From contig CACZDC010000003.1 in the NCBI GenBank assembly GCA_902779785.1, positions 19,674 through 83,673 of the forward strand: a stretch of 64,000 bases of DNA. Reading direction: 5' to 3'. The notes beneath the pieces are model-generated. The model did not search any database, was not told where the DNA came from, and worked only from the letters and a program-made list of their open reading frames with translations. Origin of the DNA: an uncultured Bacteroidia bacterium. Lineage in GTDB: Bacteria; Bacteroidota; Bacteroidia; Bacteroidales; UBA932. Below are positions 27,922 through 38,095 of the stretch, in pieces; within the stretch, counting starts at the first letter, position 1; each line of letters starts with the position of its first letter. Made by a program: the position numbers and the translations under genes.

Positions 27922-30243
27922 CTATTCGAAGTAATAATTCTCAAGTTCAGATACTTCCGACGCCTCGCCTTCCTGGGACACGCCTGCACAGAAAGGCCCG
28001 GACACACCCTCCGGGAACACATCCTGGGCAGTGATTCCCAGCGTCCCGTCGGCAAGGACCTTCTTCATCCACAGTCCCCATATCGGAAGCGCCATATTGG
28101 CGCCCTGACCGAGAGCCGTACTGTTGAAATGGACATAACGGTCCTCGGCGCCCACCCAGACACCGGCTGTTATCCTTGGAGTATAACCTATGTACCAGCC
28201 GTCCGAGTTGTCATTTGTCGTCCCCGTCTTTCCTCCCATTTCTCCGGTCAGACCATACTTGAAACGGAGCCTTCCGCCGGTACCGCCGTTAACCACCCCT
28301 TTCATCAGGCTGATCATCTTGTAGGCGGTGTCCTTGTTGATGGCATTGCGGCTGCGTTCGGAGAATCTGGCCAGGACATTTCCTTCGCTGTCTTCTATCC
28401 TCGTGACGAAGATAGGAGTGGCGTAGACACCCTCGGAGGGGAAAGTATTGTAAGCCGCAACCATCTCGTACACAGAGAGATCCGCCGAGCCGACACAGAG
28501 CGAGACGACCGGCTCGACGTGGCTCTTGATTCCCAGCCGGTGCATCATATCAACCATAGGGAAGGGGCCGAGCTGCTGCATAAGGTACGCGGCCACAGAG
28601 TTGGAACTGTGGGCCAGTCCCCAGGCAAGGTTCACCATTGTCCCGTCGGCGTGGGGGTCTGCCGGGGTCCAGGTCTTGTCACCGTTAATGACCATCACGA
28701 CGGGAGAATTCAGCACGGGGTCACAGGGAGTCATTCCGGATTCCATAGCAAGGGCATAGAGGAAAGGCTTGATAGTGGAGCCGACCTGCCGCTTGCCCTG
28801 CCGGACGTTGTCATACTTGAAATAACGGTAGTCCGGGCCGCCGACATAGGCCTTGACGTGGCCGGTATTCGGCTCTATGGCCATAAAGGCGGCGCGGAAG
28901 AAGGACTTGTAGTAACGGATGCTGTCGTCGGGAGTCATCACCGTGTCCCTGTAGCCAGGCTTGTCCCAGGTAAACACCCTCATCTTGACCGGAACGGAGA
29001 AACTCTTCTCTATGTCGGAATCCGACACCCCGGCGGCCTTCATCATCCTTGTCCTGTCCGACCATTTCCGGGCCTGGCGCATCGTGACCTCCAGAGTCTT
29101 CTTGGGGACATCGGAGGAGAAGGGGGCGTTCTTGCGGTAGCTCAGCTCCTTGAAGAACGCTTTCTGCAAGTCCTTGGACAGATGTTCCACTATGGCTTCT
29201 TCGGCATAGCGCTGCATCCTCAGGTTGATGGTCGTGTAGATTCGCAGTCCGTCGCTGTCGAGATCATAGGGAGTGCCGTCGCTCTTCACGTTTTTGTTCA
29301 GCCAGCCGAAAAGCGGGTCCTCGGCCCACTGGAGGGAATCCGCCTGATACTCATCCTGGGTCTGGTAGGCGGAGCGGCGCGGCTCCGTGGCGCTCATCGT
29401 ACGGCGGAGCATATCGCGGAAATACGGGCCAGTACCGGTTGTCCTGTCCCCCTTGCGCTCGTGCAGGACGATGGGCAGCTGCCGGAGGGAGTCACATTCG
29501 GCGCGGGTCAGATAGTCCATCTCACACATACGGGAAAGGACCAGGTTGCGGCGTGAGAGGGCGTGGTCCGGATTGATGGCGGGATTGTAGCGGGTCGGTT
29601 TGTTGACCATACCCACCAGGACCGCACTTTCTTCCGTACGCAGCTCCGAAGGTTTCTTGGCGAAGAACTGAGAGGCCGCGGAATGGATACCGTAGGAATT
29701 CGAGCCGAAGAACACGGCATTGAGGTACATATCCACGATTTCCTCCTTGGTATAGTTGCGCTCTATCTTGATTGCCGTGATCCACTCTTTCAGCTTGATC
29801 CATATCATTCCGATCTTTCCGAGGCCCGTTTTTCGCGGATACAGCGTCTTGGCGAGCTGCTGGGTGATGGTCGAGCCGCCGCCCTGGGAAGAGTCGCGGG
29901 AAAGGAGGGTCTTGAAAAGCACGCGGCCCAGAGACTGCATATCTATGCCGGAATGTTTGTAAAAGCGCTTGTCCTCCGTAGCGACCGTGGCCTGGACCAG
30001 ACTGGGGGCGAGTTCGTCATAGGAGACGAAAATCCTGTTCTCTATATGATAGGTAGTAAGGACCTCCCCTTCTTCGGCGATCACCTGGGTTGCGAGTTTG
30101 CTGTCCGGATTCTCCAGCTCCTCGAAAGTAGGGATGTCGGCCGTCGCCCAAACGAGCAGGATAAGCAGCGCGAGGGCGGCAAAAGGCGTGACTAGAAGGA
30201 GCCAGAATATTTTGACGATTCGTTTGCGAGTCGAGTCTTTCAT
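27922..30243 (-). CDS. mrcA: Class A penicillin-binding protein 1A
   Basis: N-terminal TM; transglycosylase EDKRFYKHSGID and GGSTITQQLAK; transpeptidase STIK, SSN, KTGT. Confidence 0.92.
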   Translation of the reverse strand: MKDSTRKRIVKIFWLLLVTPFAALALLILLVWATADIPTFEELENPDSKLATQVIAEEGEVLTTYHIENRIFVSYDELAPSLVQATVATEDKRFYKHSGIDMQSLGRVLFKTLLSRDSSQGGGSTITQQLAKTLYPRKTGLGKIGMIWIKLKEWITAIKIERNYTKEEIVDMYLNAVFFGSNSYGIHSAASQFFAKKPSELRTEESAVLVGMVNKPTRYNPAINPDHALSRRNLVLSRMCEMDYLTRAECDSLRQLPIVLHERKGDRTTGTGPYFRDMLRRTMSATEPRRSAYQTQDEYQADSLQWAEDPLFGWLNKNVKSDGTPYDLDSDGLRIYTTINLRMQRYAEEAIVEHLSKDLQKAFFKELSYRKNAPFSSDVPKKTLEVTMRQARKWSDRTRMMKAAGVSDSDIEKSFSVPVKMRVFTWDKPGYRDTVMTPDDSIRYYKSFFRAAFMAIEPNTGHVKAYVGGPDYRYFKYDNVRQGKRQVGSTIKPFLYALAMESGMTPCDPVLNSPVVMVINGDKTWTPADPHADGTMVNLAWGLAHSSNSVAAYLMQQLGPFPMVDMMHRLGIKSHVEPVVSLCVGSADLSVYEMVAAYNTFPSEGVYATPIFVTRIEDSEGNVLARFSERSRNAINKDTAYKMISLMKGVVNGGTGGRLRFKYGLTGEMGGKTGTTNDNSDGWYIGYTPRITAGVWVGAEDRYVHFNSTALGQGANMALPIWGLWMKKVLADGTLGITAQDVFPEGVSGPFCAGVSQEGEASEVSELENYYFE

Positions 30244-30373
30244 CTCATTTTTTTTACTTTTTTCACAAGACCTTTGGTCTTGCAACACAATTGAATTACA
30301 AATTTAATCAGAAAATTTGGAAAATTGCCTTTAATATCATTTACTTTGCAAAAGAATTTGGAACAAAAAAGGT

Positions 30374-32641
30374 ATGAAGGGAAAAAATTTAGTCATAGTC
30401 GAGTCTCCGGGAAAGGTGCATACGATCCAGGATTTCCTGGGGCCGGATTTCGTCGTAGTGTCCTCCAAAGGGCATATCCGCGACCTTCAGGAGCGGAAAC
30501 TAAGCGTAGATGTAGAGCACGGTTTCACCCCGCAGTATGTAATACCGGCGGACAAGCGCAAGACCGTCGCCGAACTGAAAAAACTGGCCTCCGAAGCCCA
30601 GACAATCTGGCTCGCCTCCGATGAAGACCGCGAGGGAGAGGCCATCTCCTGGCACCTGAGCGAGACACTTTCCCTGGAAAAGGCACGCACCAAGAGGATT
30701 GTCTTCCACGAGATCACCAAGGAAGCCATCCTCAACGCCGTGGCGAACCCAAGGGATATAGATATGGACAGGGTGTATGCCCAGCAGGCACGCCGCGTCC
30801 TCGACCGGCTCGTCGGCTTCGAACTCTCCCCCATCCTGTGGCGCAGGATACAGCCGAAGCTTTCGGCAGGCAGGGTGCAGAGCGTCGCCCTCCGCCTTAT
30901 CGTCGACAGGGAAAAAGAGATAATGGCCTTCAAGAGCGAGCCTTTCTACCGCATCGAGGCCGATTTCGTCTCCGCGGCCGGAAGCCAGAAGTTCAAAGCC
31001 GCCCTGGAGAGCCGTTTCGATTCCATCGAGGAGGCCCGGAAATTCCTCGAAGACAGCATAGGCGCCCGTTTCAGGATCAGTTCCCTCGAAAAGAAGGAAG
31101 GCACACGCTTCCCCGCCGCTCCGTTCACGACCTCTACACTGCAGCAGGAAGCCTCCCGCAAGCTCCATTTCACGGTGTCCAACACTATGAGAATAGCACA
31201 GGGGCTCTACGAGAAGGGTCTGATCACCTATATGCGTACCGACTCGACCAATCTCTCTTCCCTGGCCCTCGGCGCGGCGAAGAAATATATAGTGGAGAAC
31301 TTCGGACAGGAGTATTCCCATCCCAAACAGTACCACACCAAGTCGAAAGGCGCCCAGGAGGCCCACGAAGCCATACGTCCTTCCTATCTTGGCAGAAGCC
31401 ATATAGAAGGCACGGCCCAGGAAAAGAAGCTCTACGAACTGATATGGAAACGCACCATCGCCTCACAGATGGCGGAAGCCAAGGTGATGAATACCGGAGT
31501 GAAGATTTCCTCGGACAAACGTCCCGAATTCTTCTCTTTCCAGGCCACGGAGCTTCTCTTCGACGGTTTTATGAAACTCTATCGCGAAAGCTCGGATGAC
31601 GAGAGCAAGGACGAGAAGGAGATAATCCTCCCGGAACTGCACTCCGGAGAAGAGGTGAAACTGATTGAAATGCAGGGCCTCTGCAAATTCACCGCGGCTC
31701 CTCCGCGTTATTCCCAGGCAACCCTCATCAAGAAACTGGACGAACTCGGCATCGGACGTCCGTCCACCTATTCCCCGATCATCACCACCCTTACCACGGG
31801 CAGAGGTTACATAACCACTGGCGACAAGCCTGGCGAGAAAGTGAAAGTCACCAATCTCAGCCTCAAGGGAGACAGCATCAAGTCCTCCGTCAAGGAAGAA
31901 ACCATAGGGGCGGAAAAAGGGAAGTACCTGCCACAGGAGATCGGGATGATCGTATCCGACTTCCTCCTCGCCAATTTCACGGACGTGATGGACTACGACT
32001 TTACCGCCACCGTGGAGAAGGATTTCGACGAAATCGCATTGGGCAAGAAGAAGTGGAACGAAGTCATCGCCCAGTTCTATGCAAGCTTCCATCCGAAAGT
32101 GGATTCCGTCCTCTCCGACCGGGAATACAGCCACGTCAGCCGCGAAATCGGCATTGCTCCGGACGGAAGCAAAGTGATCGCAGCCTTCGGAAAGTTCGGC
32201 CCCTATGTATCCAAGGGGGAGGGAGAGAATCGCCAGAGCGCATCACTGGGGAAAGGACAGCTCATCGAGACACTCACCCTCGAAGAAGCCTTGAAACTGT
32301 TCGAACTCCCGAGAGAAGTCGGGCAGTACAACGGAATCCCCGTAATCGCGACCACGGGACGCTTCGGCCCGTATCTGAAATACGGCGACAGGAACGTCCG
32401 CCTGAACCGGGGTTCAGACCCTCTGAAGATCAGTCTCGAAGCCTGTATCCAGCTTATCGAGGCACAGGGCAAAACTCCTGTGAACCAGGTACTTGCCAGT
32501 TTCGGAGACATCCAGGTCCTCCAGGGACGCTACGGCCCGTATATCAAGCGTGGCCGGAGCAACTACAAGATACCTTCGGGGAAGGATCCGTCCAAGCTTA
32601 CCGAGGCCGACTGCCTTGCAATTATTGACAAGAAAAAATAA
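30374..32641 (+). CDS. topA: DNA topoisomerase I with Topo_C repeats
   Basis: IVESPGK, SDEDREGE, GRVQS, catalytic ITYMRTD, GIGRPSTY; C-terminal G.FGPY repeats. Confidence 0.96.
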   Translation: MKGKNLVIVESPGKVHTIQDFLGPDFVVVSSKGHIRDLQERKLSVDVEHGFTPQYVIPADKRKTVAELKKLASEAQTIWLASDEDREGEAISWHLSETLSLEKARTKRIVFHEITKEAILNAVANPRDIDMDRVYAQQARRVLDRLVGFELSPILWRRIQPKLSAGRVQSVALRLIVDREKEIMAFKSEPFYRIEADFVSAAGSQKFKAALESRFDSIEEARKFLEDSIGARFRISSLEKKEGTRFPAAPFTTSTLQQEASRKLHFTVSNTMRIAQGLYEKGLITYMRTDSTNLSSLALGAAKKYIVENFGQEYSHPKQYHTKSKGAQEAHEAIRPSYLGRSHIEGTAQEKKLYELIWKRTIASQMAEAKVMNTGVKISSDKRPEFFSFQATELLFDGFMKLYRESSDDESKDEKEIILPELHSGEEVKLIEMQGLCKFTAAPPRYSQATLIKKLDELGIGRPSTYSPIITTLTTGRGYITTGDKPGEKVKVTNLSLKGDSIKSSVKEETIGAEKGKYLPQEIGMIVSDFLLANFTDVMDYDFTATVEKDFDEIALGKKKWNEVIAQFYASFHPKVDSVLSDREYSHVSREIGIAPDGSKVIAAFGKFGPYVSKGEGENRQSASLGKGQLIETLTLEEALKLFELPREVGQYNGIPVIATTGRFGPYLKYGDRNVRLNRGSDPLKISLEACIQLIEAQGKTPVNQVLASFGDIQVLQGRYGPYIKRGRSNYKIPSGKDPSKLTEADCLAIIDKKK

Positions 32642-32647
32642 AGAACA

Positions 32648-33145
32648 ATGTCCAGTTTCCACATCGACCAGATCGACCAGAAGATTTTGTCTTTCCTGGT
32701 GAAGAATGCCCGTATGCCTTATCTTGAAATCGCCCGGGAATGCGGAGTGTCAGGTGCCGCCATCCACCAGAGAGTCAAACGTCTGGAAAATGCGGGTGTA
32801 ATAACTGGCAGCCGGCTGCTCGTAAAACCTCAGGCGATAGGCCTCAATGTCTGCGCGTACATCAGCATCTCACTTTCGGAGTCGACCAAATATGCGGAGG
32901 TCATCTCCCATCTTAAGAAGATCCCGGAAATAGTTGAGTGCCACTTCGTTACCGGACGGCACGCAATTCTCGCAAAGGTCTATTGCCTGAACAATGACCA
33001 CTTGATGGAAGTCCTGCTGAACACCATCCAGAAGATTCCGTACATCCAGTCCACCGACACGATGATTTCCCTGGACGAACCCATCGAACGCCAGGTCTGG
33101 GTGAAAGATTTCAAGAGCAGTTCTACTTCCCGGAAAGGCGAATGA
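32648..33145 (+). CDS. Lrp/AsnC family transcriptional regulator
   Basis: IDQIDQKIL..L.KNARMPY.EIA...GVS..A.HQRVKRLE..GVI HTH; ECHFVTG. Confidence 0.92.
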   Translation: MSSFHIDQIDQKILSFLVKNARMPYLEIARECGVSGAAIHQRVKRLENAGVITGSRLLVKPQAIGLNVCAYISISLSESTKYAEVISHLKKIPEIVECHFVTGRHAILAKVYCLNNDHLMEVLLNTIQKIPYIQSTDTMISLDEPIERQVWVKDFKSSSTSRKGE

Positions 33146-33824
33146 GCGACGAGGCGAGGGCGATGTCCTCCGGAGTCGTAATCTTGATATTGTATTTCTC
33201 TCCCGCCACATAGGAGATTTCTATTCCGTATGCCGAAGCCACCGAGGCGTCGTCCGTAAACGAGGTGTCATAGCCCTGCGAATACGCCGCCTTAAGGTCC
33301 TCCGAACGGAAAATCTGAGGTGTCTGGGCGGCAAAGAGCCGTGAGCGGTCCGCCTTTTCCGGGGATTCCTTCAGGCTCCCGTCCTCTCCTTTGTCAAGGA
33401 CCTTTATGGTATCCGTGAGAGGAAGTACCGGGACAACGGCCCTGCAACTGTCCATCATCCCGAAAAGGGAGCGCAGCCAGTCTGCGCTCACCAGGGGGCG
33501 CACTCCGTCGTGGACCGCCACGATCGCCCCTTCCGGAATGACGTCGAGAGCATTCCTGACCGAGTGGAAACGGGTGAATCCGCCCTCTACGATTCTCTGC
33601 GGCAGATTGAAGGCGTTCCTCGCGCAAAGCATTTTCCAGTACTGGACATAATCCCTCGGCAGGACACAGAGTATCTGCAGATCCGGGACAGCACGCCGGA
33701 AACGCTCCATCGTCCCCTGAAGAATCGGAATTCCTTCAAGTTCAAGGAATTGCTTTGGCAGAGCGGCCCCCATCCTGGTTCCGCTTCCGCCGGCTGTGAC
33801 AATCAGATATTTTTTTCTTTCCAT
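33123..33824 (-). CDS. ispD: 2-C-methyl-D-erythritol 4-phosphate cytidylyltransferase
   Basis: AGGSGTRM..LPKQF, R..SV.NAL, VHDGVRP, QTPQ.F, TDDAS, NIKIT.PED. Confidence 0.93.
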   Translation of the reverse strand: MERKKYLIVTAGGSGTRMGAALPKQFLELEGIPILQGTMERFRRAVPDLQILCVLPRDYVQYWKMLCARNAFNLPQRIVEGGFTRFHSVRNALDVIPEGAIVAVHDGVRPLVSADWLRSLFGMMDSCRAVVPVLPLTDTIKVLDKGEDGSLKESPEKADRSRLFAAQTPQIFRSEDLKAAYSQGYDTSFTDDASVASAYGIEISYVAGEKYNIKITTPEDIALASSLIRLSGK

Positions 33825-33908
33825 CTGGGCTGAAATGTAATGCGAATGTAAGAATTTTTTCGTAATTTTGAGCCCACCTTTCACAATTGACTTTAAGCAT
33901 AACAGAAT

Positions 33909-34940
33909 ATGGCATTCCGATTATTCAATTTACTGAACCAGGAGCTGGCTATGGACCTCGGCACGGCCAACACCGTCATTTTCCACAATGACGAGGTCGC
34001 CCTCGACGAGCCGTCCATCGTAGCCATCGACAATGCCTCGGGGAAATGCATCGCCCTGGGGCAGAAGGCAAAACTGATGCACGAGAAGACGAACCCCGGC
34101 ATAAAGACGGTAAGACCGCTCCGCGACGGAGTCATCGCAGACTTCAATGCGGCCGAGATGATGATCCGCGGATTCATCCGCCAGGTCAATTCCAAGCACC
34201 GCAGCCTTTTCGCCCCGAACATCAAACTGGTGGTCGGCATTCCTTCCGGCTCCACCGAAGTTGAAATCCGTGCCGTCCGCGACTCCGCAGAACACGCCGG
34301 AGGCCGTGACGTGTACCTTATTTTCGAGCCTATGGCCGCAGCGCTGGGTATCGGCCTGGACGTCGAGGCCCCGAAGGGCAATATGGTCGTGGACATCGGA
34401 GGCGGCACGACTGAGATCGCCGTCATCTCCCTCGGCGGCATCGTGGAGCAGAATTCTATCCGTATCGCCGGAGACGTCTTTACCGCGGACATCCAGAACT
34501 ACCTCCGCCAGCAGCACGTCATCCGTGTCGGAGAGACCACCGCGGAAAAGATCAAGATAGCCGTCGGTTCGGTTATTCCGGAACTCGACGACGAACCGGA
34601 GCCCTTCATCGTAAGGGGTCCGAACCTGATGACCGGCCACCCCGTAGAGGCCTCCATCCCCTACCAGGAAATCGCCCACTGCCTCGACAAGTCCATCACG
34701 AGGCTTGAGACCGCCATCCAGGAAGTGCTGGAAAAGACTCCGCCGGAGCTTTATTCCGACATCGTGGAGAACGGGATCTTCCTCTCCGGCGGCGGCGCCC
34801 TCCTGAGAGGCCTCGCAAAGCGTTTCACAGAAAAAGTAAACATTCCATTCCACGTTGCGGAAGACCCGCTTCGCGCGGTCGGACGCGGAACCTGCAAAGC
34901 CCTGAAGAACACCGACAATTACTCCTTCCTGATGCGCTAG
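33909..34940 (+). CDS. mreB: Rod shape-determining protein MreB
   Basis: DLGTANT, RPLRDGVIADF, DIGGGTTE, LSGGGALL. Confidence 0.97.
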   Translation: MAFRLFNLLNQELAMDLGTANTVIFHNDEVALDEPSIVAIDNASGKCIALGQKAKLMHEKTNPGIKTVRPLRDGVIADFNAAEMMIRGFIRQVNSKHRSLFAPNIKLVVGIPSGSTEVEIRAVRDSAEHAGGRDVYLIFEPMAAALGIGLDVEAPKGNMVVDIGGGTTEIAVISLGGIVEQNSIRIAGDVFTADIQNYLRQQHVIRVGETTAEKIKIAVGSVIPELDDEPEPFIVRGPNLMTGHPVEASIPYQEIAHCLDKSITRLETAIQEVLEKTPPELYSDIVENGIFLSGGGALLRGLAKRFTEKVNIPFHVAEDPLRAVGRGTCKALKNTDNYSFLMR

Positions 34941-34941
34941 T

Positions 34942-35751
34942 ATGAAAGAAAGGAAACGGCTGATTCCGAAACTTCTGACTGCAGCAATCTTCATCCTGAT
35001 GGAGGTTGCTGCGTTGAATATGCTCCGCCGGAACGCCGAGTTGCAGAGCCAGTGGCTGAGCCGCGGCGCCCAGAGGGTGATGGGAGTCATCTGGGGCGGG
35101 ACCGAAAGGATAAAGACCTATTTCTCACTCCGGGCCACCAACAATGCCCTCGCCGAAGAAAACAGCGCCCTGCTTTCGGAAAACGCCGCCCTGAAGGAAG
35201 CGCTGGCGAAAGGGATGGCGCAAGCCGACATCCCTGCCTCAAGCGGCTTTTCATACATCCCCGCCGAGGTCATAAAGCTAAGCCGTAAAAAGCAGCACAA
35301 TTACATTCTTCTGTCCAAGGGATATGAAGACGGAGTCAAGGAGAAATCCGGCATCGTGACCCGCTGCGGAGTGATAGGGATAGTGGATGCGGTCAGCGCC
35401 CACTACAGTTACGGCTCTTCGTTCCAGAACAACAACATCTCGATCAGCGCGCGTCTCGGGAAAGAGGGCGGGACCGGACTGCTTGTATGGGACGGGAAGG
35501 GCGGAAACGGAGCGGTCCTCAAGGAGATTCCGCTTCAGTACAAGTACGAAGAGGGCGACACTGTCTATACGAGCGGCCACTCGCTGCTCTTTCCCCCGGA
35601 CATTCCCCTCGGCATCGCCGGAAGCAAACGGATAGTGAACGGCTCTACCAACGAAATCAAGGTCGCCCTGTTCCAGGACTACTCCGCCGTGCGCTATGTC
35701 ACTATGGTACACAACAACTCATTTGACGAACTGGAGGAGCTGGAACAATGA
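34942..35751 (+). CDS. mreC: Rod shape-determining protein MreC
   Basis: N-terminal TM and coiled coil, GDTVYTSG...FPPDIPLG; position in the mre operon. Confidence 0.9.
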   Translation: MKERKRLIPKLLTAAIFILMEVAALNMLRRNAELQSQWLSRGAQRVMGVIWGGTERIKTYFSLRATNNALAEENSALLSENAALKEALAKGMAQADIPASSGFSYIPAEVIKLSRKKQHNYILLSKGYEDGVKEKSGIVTRCGVIGIVDAVSAHYSYGSSFQNNNISISARLGKEGGTGLLVWDGKGGNGAVLKEIPLQYKYEEGDTVYTSGHSLLFPPDIPLGIAGSKRIVNGSTNEIKVALFQDYSAVRYVTMVHNNSFDELEELEQ

Positions 35752-36260
35752 AAAGAGGAAGCTACTATCTTGTCTTTGCGCTTCTCGCCGTCGTCCAGAT
35801 GGTCCTGTGCAACTATTTCACCTTCACGCCGTACATTGTCCTGAGCATACTGCCGGTGATGGTCCTGACCATCCCCATACGCCTGAGTACGATTTGGACA
35901 ATGTGCATAGCCTTCGTCACCGGCCTTGCGGTGGATTTGCTGGCAGAAGGACTGATCGGCCTGAACGCCGTAGCCCTGGTTCCGGTCGCCTTCGCCCGCA
36001 ACGGCATACTCAGCCTCGTATTCGGCGAAGAGCTGTTTTCCAGGAAAGAAGATTTCTCAGTCCACAAGAGCGGCCTTGGGAAAGTCATCCTGTCGATAGT
36101 CATCGCCCAGGCCCTCTTCCTGCTGATCTACATCTGGGTTGACGGAGCCGGGGTCAGGAGTGCAGGATTCAACATTGCCCGATTCTTCCTCTCTTTGCTG
36201 ACAAGCAGCATCGTTTCCCTCTTTGTCATCAACTCCCTGGCCCCTGACCACAGGAAATGA
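35748..36260 (+). CDS. mreD: Rod shape-determining protein MreD
   Basis: Five TM segments, F.TGLAVD; lies between mreC and mrdA. Confidence 0.85.
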   Translation: MKRGSYYLVFALLAVVQMVLCNYFTFTPYIVLSILPVMVLTIPIRLSTIWTMCIAFVTGLAVDLLAEGLIGLNAVALVPVAFARNGILSLVFGEELFSRKEDFSVHKSGLGKVILSIVIAQALFLLIYIWVDGAGVRSAGFNIARFFLSLLTSSIVSLFVINSLAPDHRK

Positions 36261-38095
36261 CAGAAGGCCGGCATACGAAACTGCTGGCGGGACTCGGGAT
36301 TGCCGCCGCCATCCTTCTGGGCAAGATTTTCTCGCTCCAGGTCCTGGACGACAGCTACAAGGAGAATGCCGACCGGAACGCGACAGTCTACGAGACCATA
36401 TATCCGACCCGCGGAGTCATCTATGACCGGAACGGCAACATACTTGTTGGCAACAAGGTCGCCTATGACATAATGGTAAGCCCGAGGGAGGTGAAAGAAT
36501 TCGACACTCTCGCCCTTGCGAAAGTCCTTGGCGTAGAGCCGGATTTCATACGGGAAAAATTAAACGAGTATGACCGCAACCGCTCCAGAATCGGCTATCA
36601 GAGCCAGGTTATGATTCGTTCCCTCCCCTCTGAAATCTATATGCGCTTCGACGAAGTCAACTATCGTTTCCCCGGTTTCCACGGGCAGGTCAGAAGCGTC
36701 CGCGACTATCCCATAAATGCTGGAGGGAACCTGCTGGGCTATGTTTCAGAGGTCAATCCTGCCTATATAAAGCGCCACCACGGAGAGTATCGCAGCGGGG
36801 ACTATGCCGGAATGACAGGCATCGAAGCCGCACGCGAAAATGACCTCCGGGGAGAGAAGGGCTACCATATCTACCTGCGCAACTCCAAGAACCAGATAGA
36901 GCAGCCCTACAAGGACGGCGCCGAGGACAAAGAGGCTGTTCCCGGCCACGACGTCACGACGACCATCGACGCCCCCCTGCAGAAATACGGCCAGGAGCTG
37001 ATGCAGAACAAGGTCGGCTCGGTGGTCGCCATCGAGCCTTCGACAGGAGAGATTCTCGCCCTTGTGTCTTCCCCGGGCATAGACGTGAACGCCCTGGCCG
37101 ACATAGGCAAGCATTACAAGGAAATCGCCGAGAATCCCTACAAACCTATGTATAACAGGGCGGTATCGGCCTCCTACCCTCCCGGATCGGTTTTCAAACT
37201 GGTCAACGGACTGGTAGGCCTGGAAGAAGGAGTGCTGACCCCCTCCAATATGTATCCCTGCTCGCAGGGCTATCACTTCGGCGCCGGACGCAAGCTGGGC
37301 TGCCACAGCCACAAATCTCCCCTGGATATGGAAGAGTCCATAATGATGTCCTGCAACGCATATTACTGCTATGTACTGAAGAACATCCTGGACAACAAGA
37401 AATATGACAATGTCGCCGAAGGCCTGGACGCCTGGCGTGAATACGTGATGAGTTTCGGCTTCGGCAGGAAACTCGGAAGCGACTTCCCGGCCGAACTCTC
37501 CGGAAACATTCCGAGCTCCAAGACCTACAACCGTGCTTATAAAAGGGGACACTGGAACTCTACCACCGTCATTTCCCTTTCTATCGGCCAGGGCGAGATA
37601 CTTGCGACTCCCCTCCATCTGGCCAATTTCTGCGCAACGCTAGCCAATCGCGGCTACTATTACATCCCGCACATCATCAAGGCCTCCGAGGGTGTGGAGA
37701 TAGACCCGAAATACTACGAAAAACAGTATACCAAAGTGTCCCTGGAGCATTTTCCGAAAGTCATAAACGGAATGTGGAGGGCGGTCAACAGCGGGCCGGG
37801 CTCCGGGGGGACGGCATCAATCGCGGCCATACCCGGGCTGGACGTCTGCGGCAAGACCGGCACGGCACAGAACCCCCGGGGAGCCGACAACTCAGTGTTC
37901 ATCTGCTTCGCACCTCGTGAGAACCCGAAAATAGCCGTCGCCGCCTATGTCGAAAGCGGCGGATTCGGGGCCAACTTCGCCGCTCCGATCGCCTCGCTGA
38001 TGGTGGAGAAATACCTTAAGGGAGAGGTGGCGAGGAAGGATTTGGAAAGGGAGAAGAAGAATGCCAACCTGATGTCGAGAGTGAAGAAGAACTGA
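36257..38095 (+). CDS. mrdA: Penicillin-binding protein 2
   Basis: RG.IYDRNG, YPPGSVFK (SxxK), SCN, IGQG, KTGTAQ. Confidence 0.94.
   Translation: MTEGRHTKLLAGLGIAAAILLGKIFSLQVLDDSYKENADRNATVYETIYPTRGVIYDRNGNILVGNKVAYDIMVSPREVKEFDTLALAKVLGVEPDFIREKLNEYDRNRSRIGYQSQVMIRSLPSEIYMRFDEVNYRFPGFHGQVRSVRDYPINAGGNLLGYVSEVNPAYIKRHHGEYRSGDYAGMTGIEAARENDLRGEKGYHIYLRNSKNQIEQPYKDGAEDKEAVPGHDVTTTIDAPLQKYGQELMQNKVGSVVAIEPSTGEILALVSSPGIDVNALADIGKHYKEIAENPYKPMYNRAVSASYPPGSVFKLVNGLVGLEEGVLTPSNMYPCSQGYHFGAGRKLGCHSHKSPLDMEESIMMSCNAYYCYVLKNILDNKKYDNVAEGLDAWREYVMSFGFGRKLGSDFPAELSGNIPSSKTYNRAYKRGHWNSTTVISLSIGQGEILATPLHLANFCATLANRGYYYIPHIIKASEGVEIDPKYYEKQYTKVSLEHFPKVINGMWRAVNSGPGSGGTASIAAIPGLDVCGKTGTAQNPRGADNSVFICFAPRENPKIAVAAYVESGGFGANFAAPIASLMVEKYLKGEVARKDLEREKKNANLMSRVKKN

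Noticed and set aside
30266-30282. Hairpin CAAGACC-TTT-GGTCTTG in the PBP1A leader
   Set aside because: A 7-bp stem is expected by chance; no riboswitch or attenuator features.
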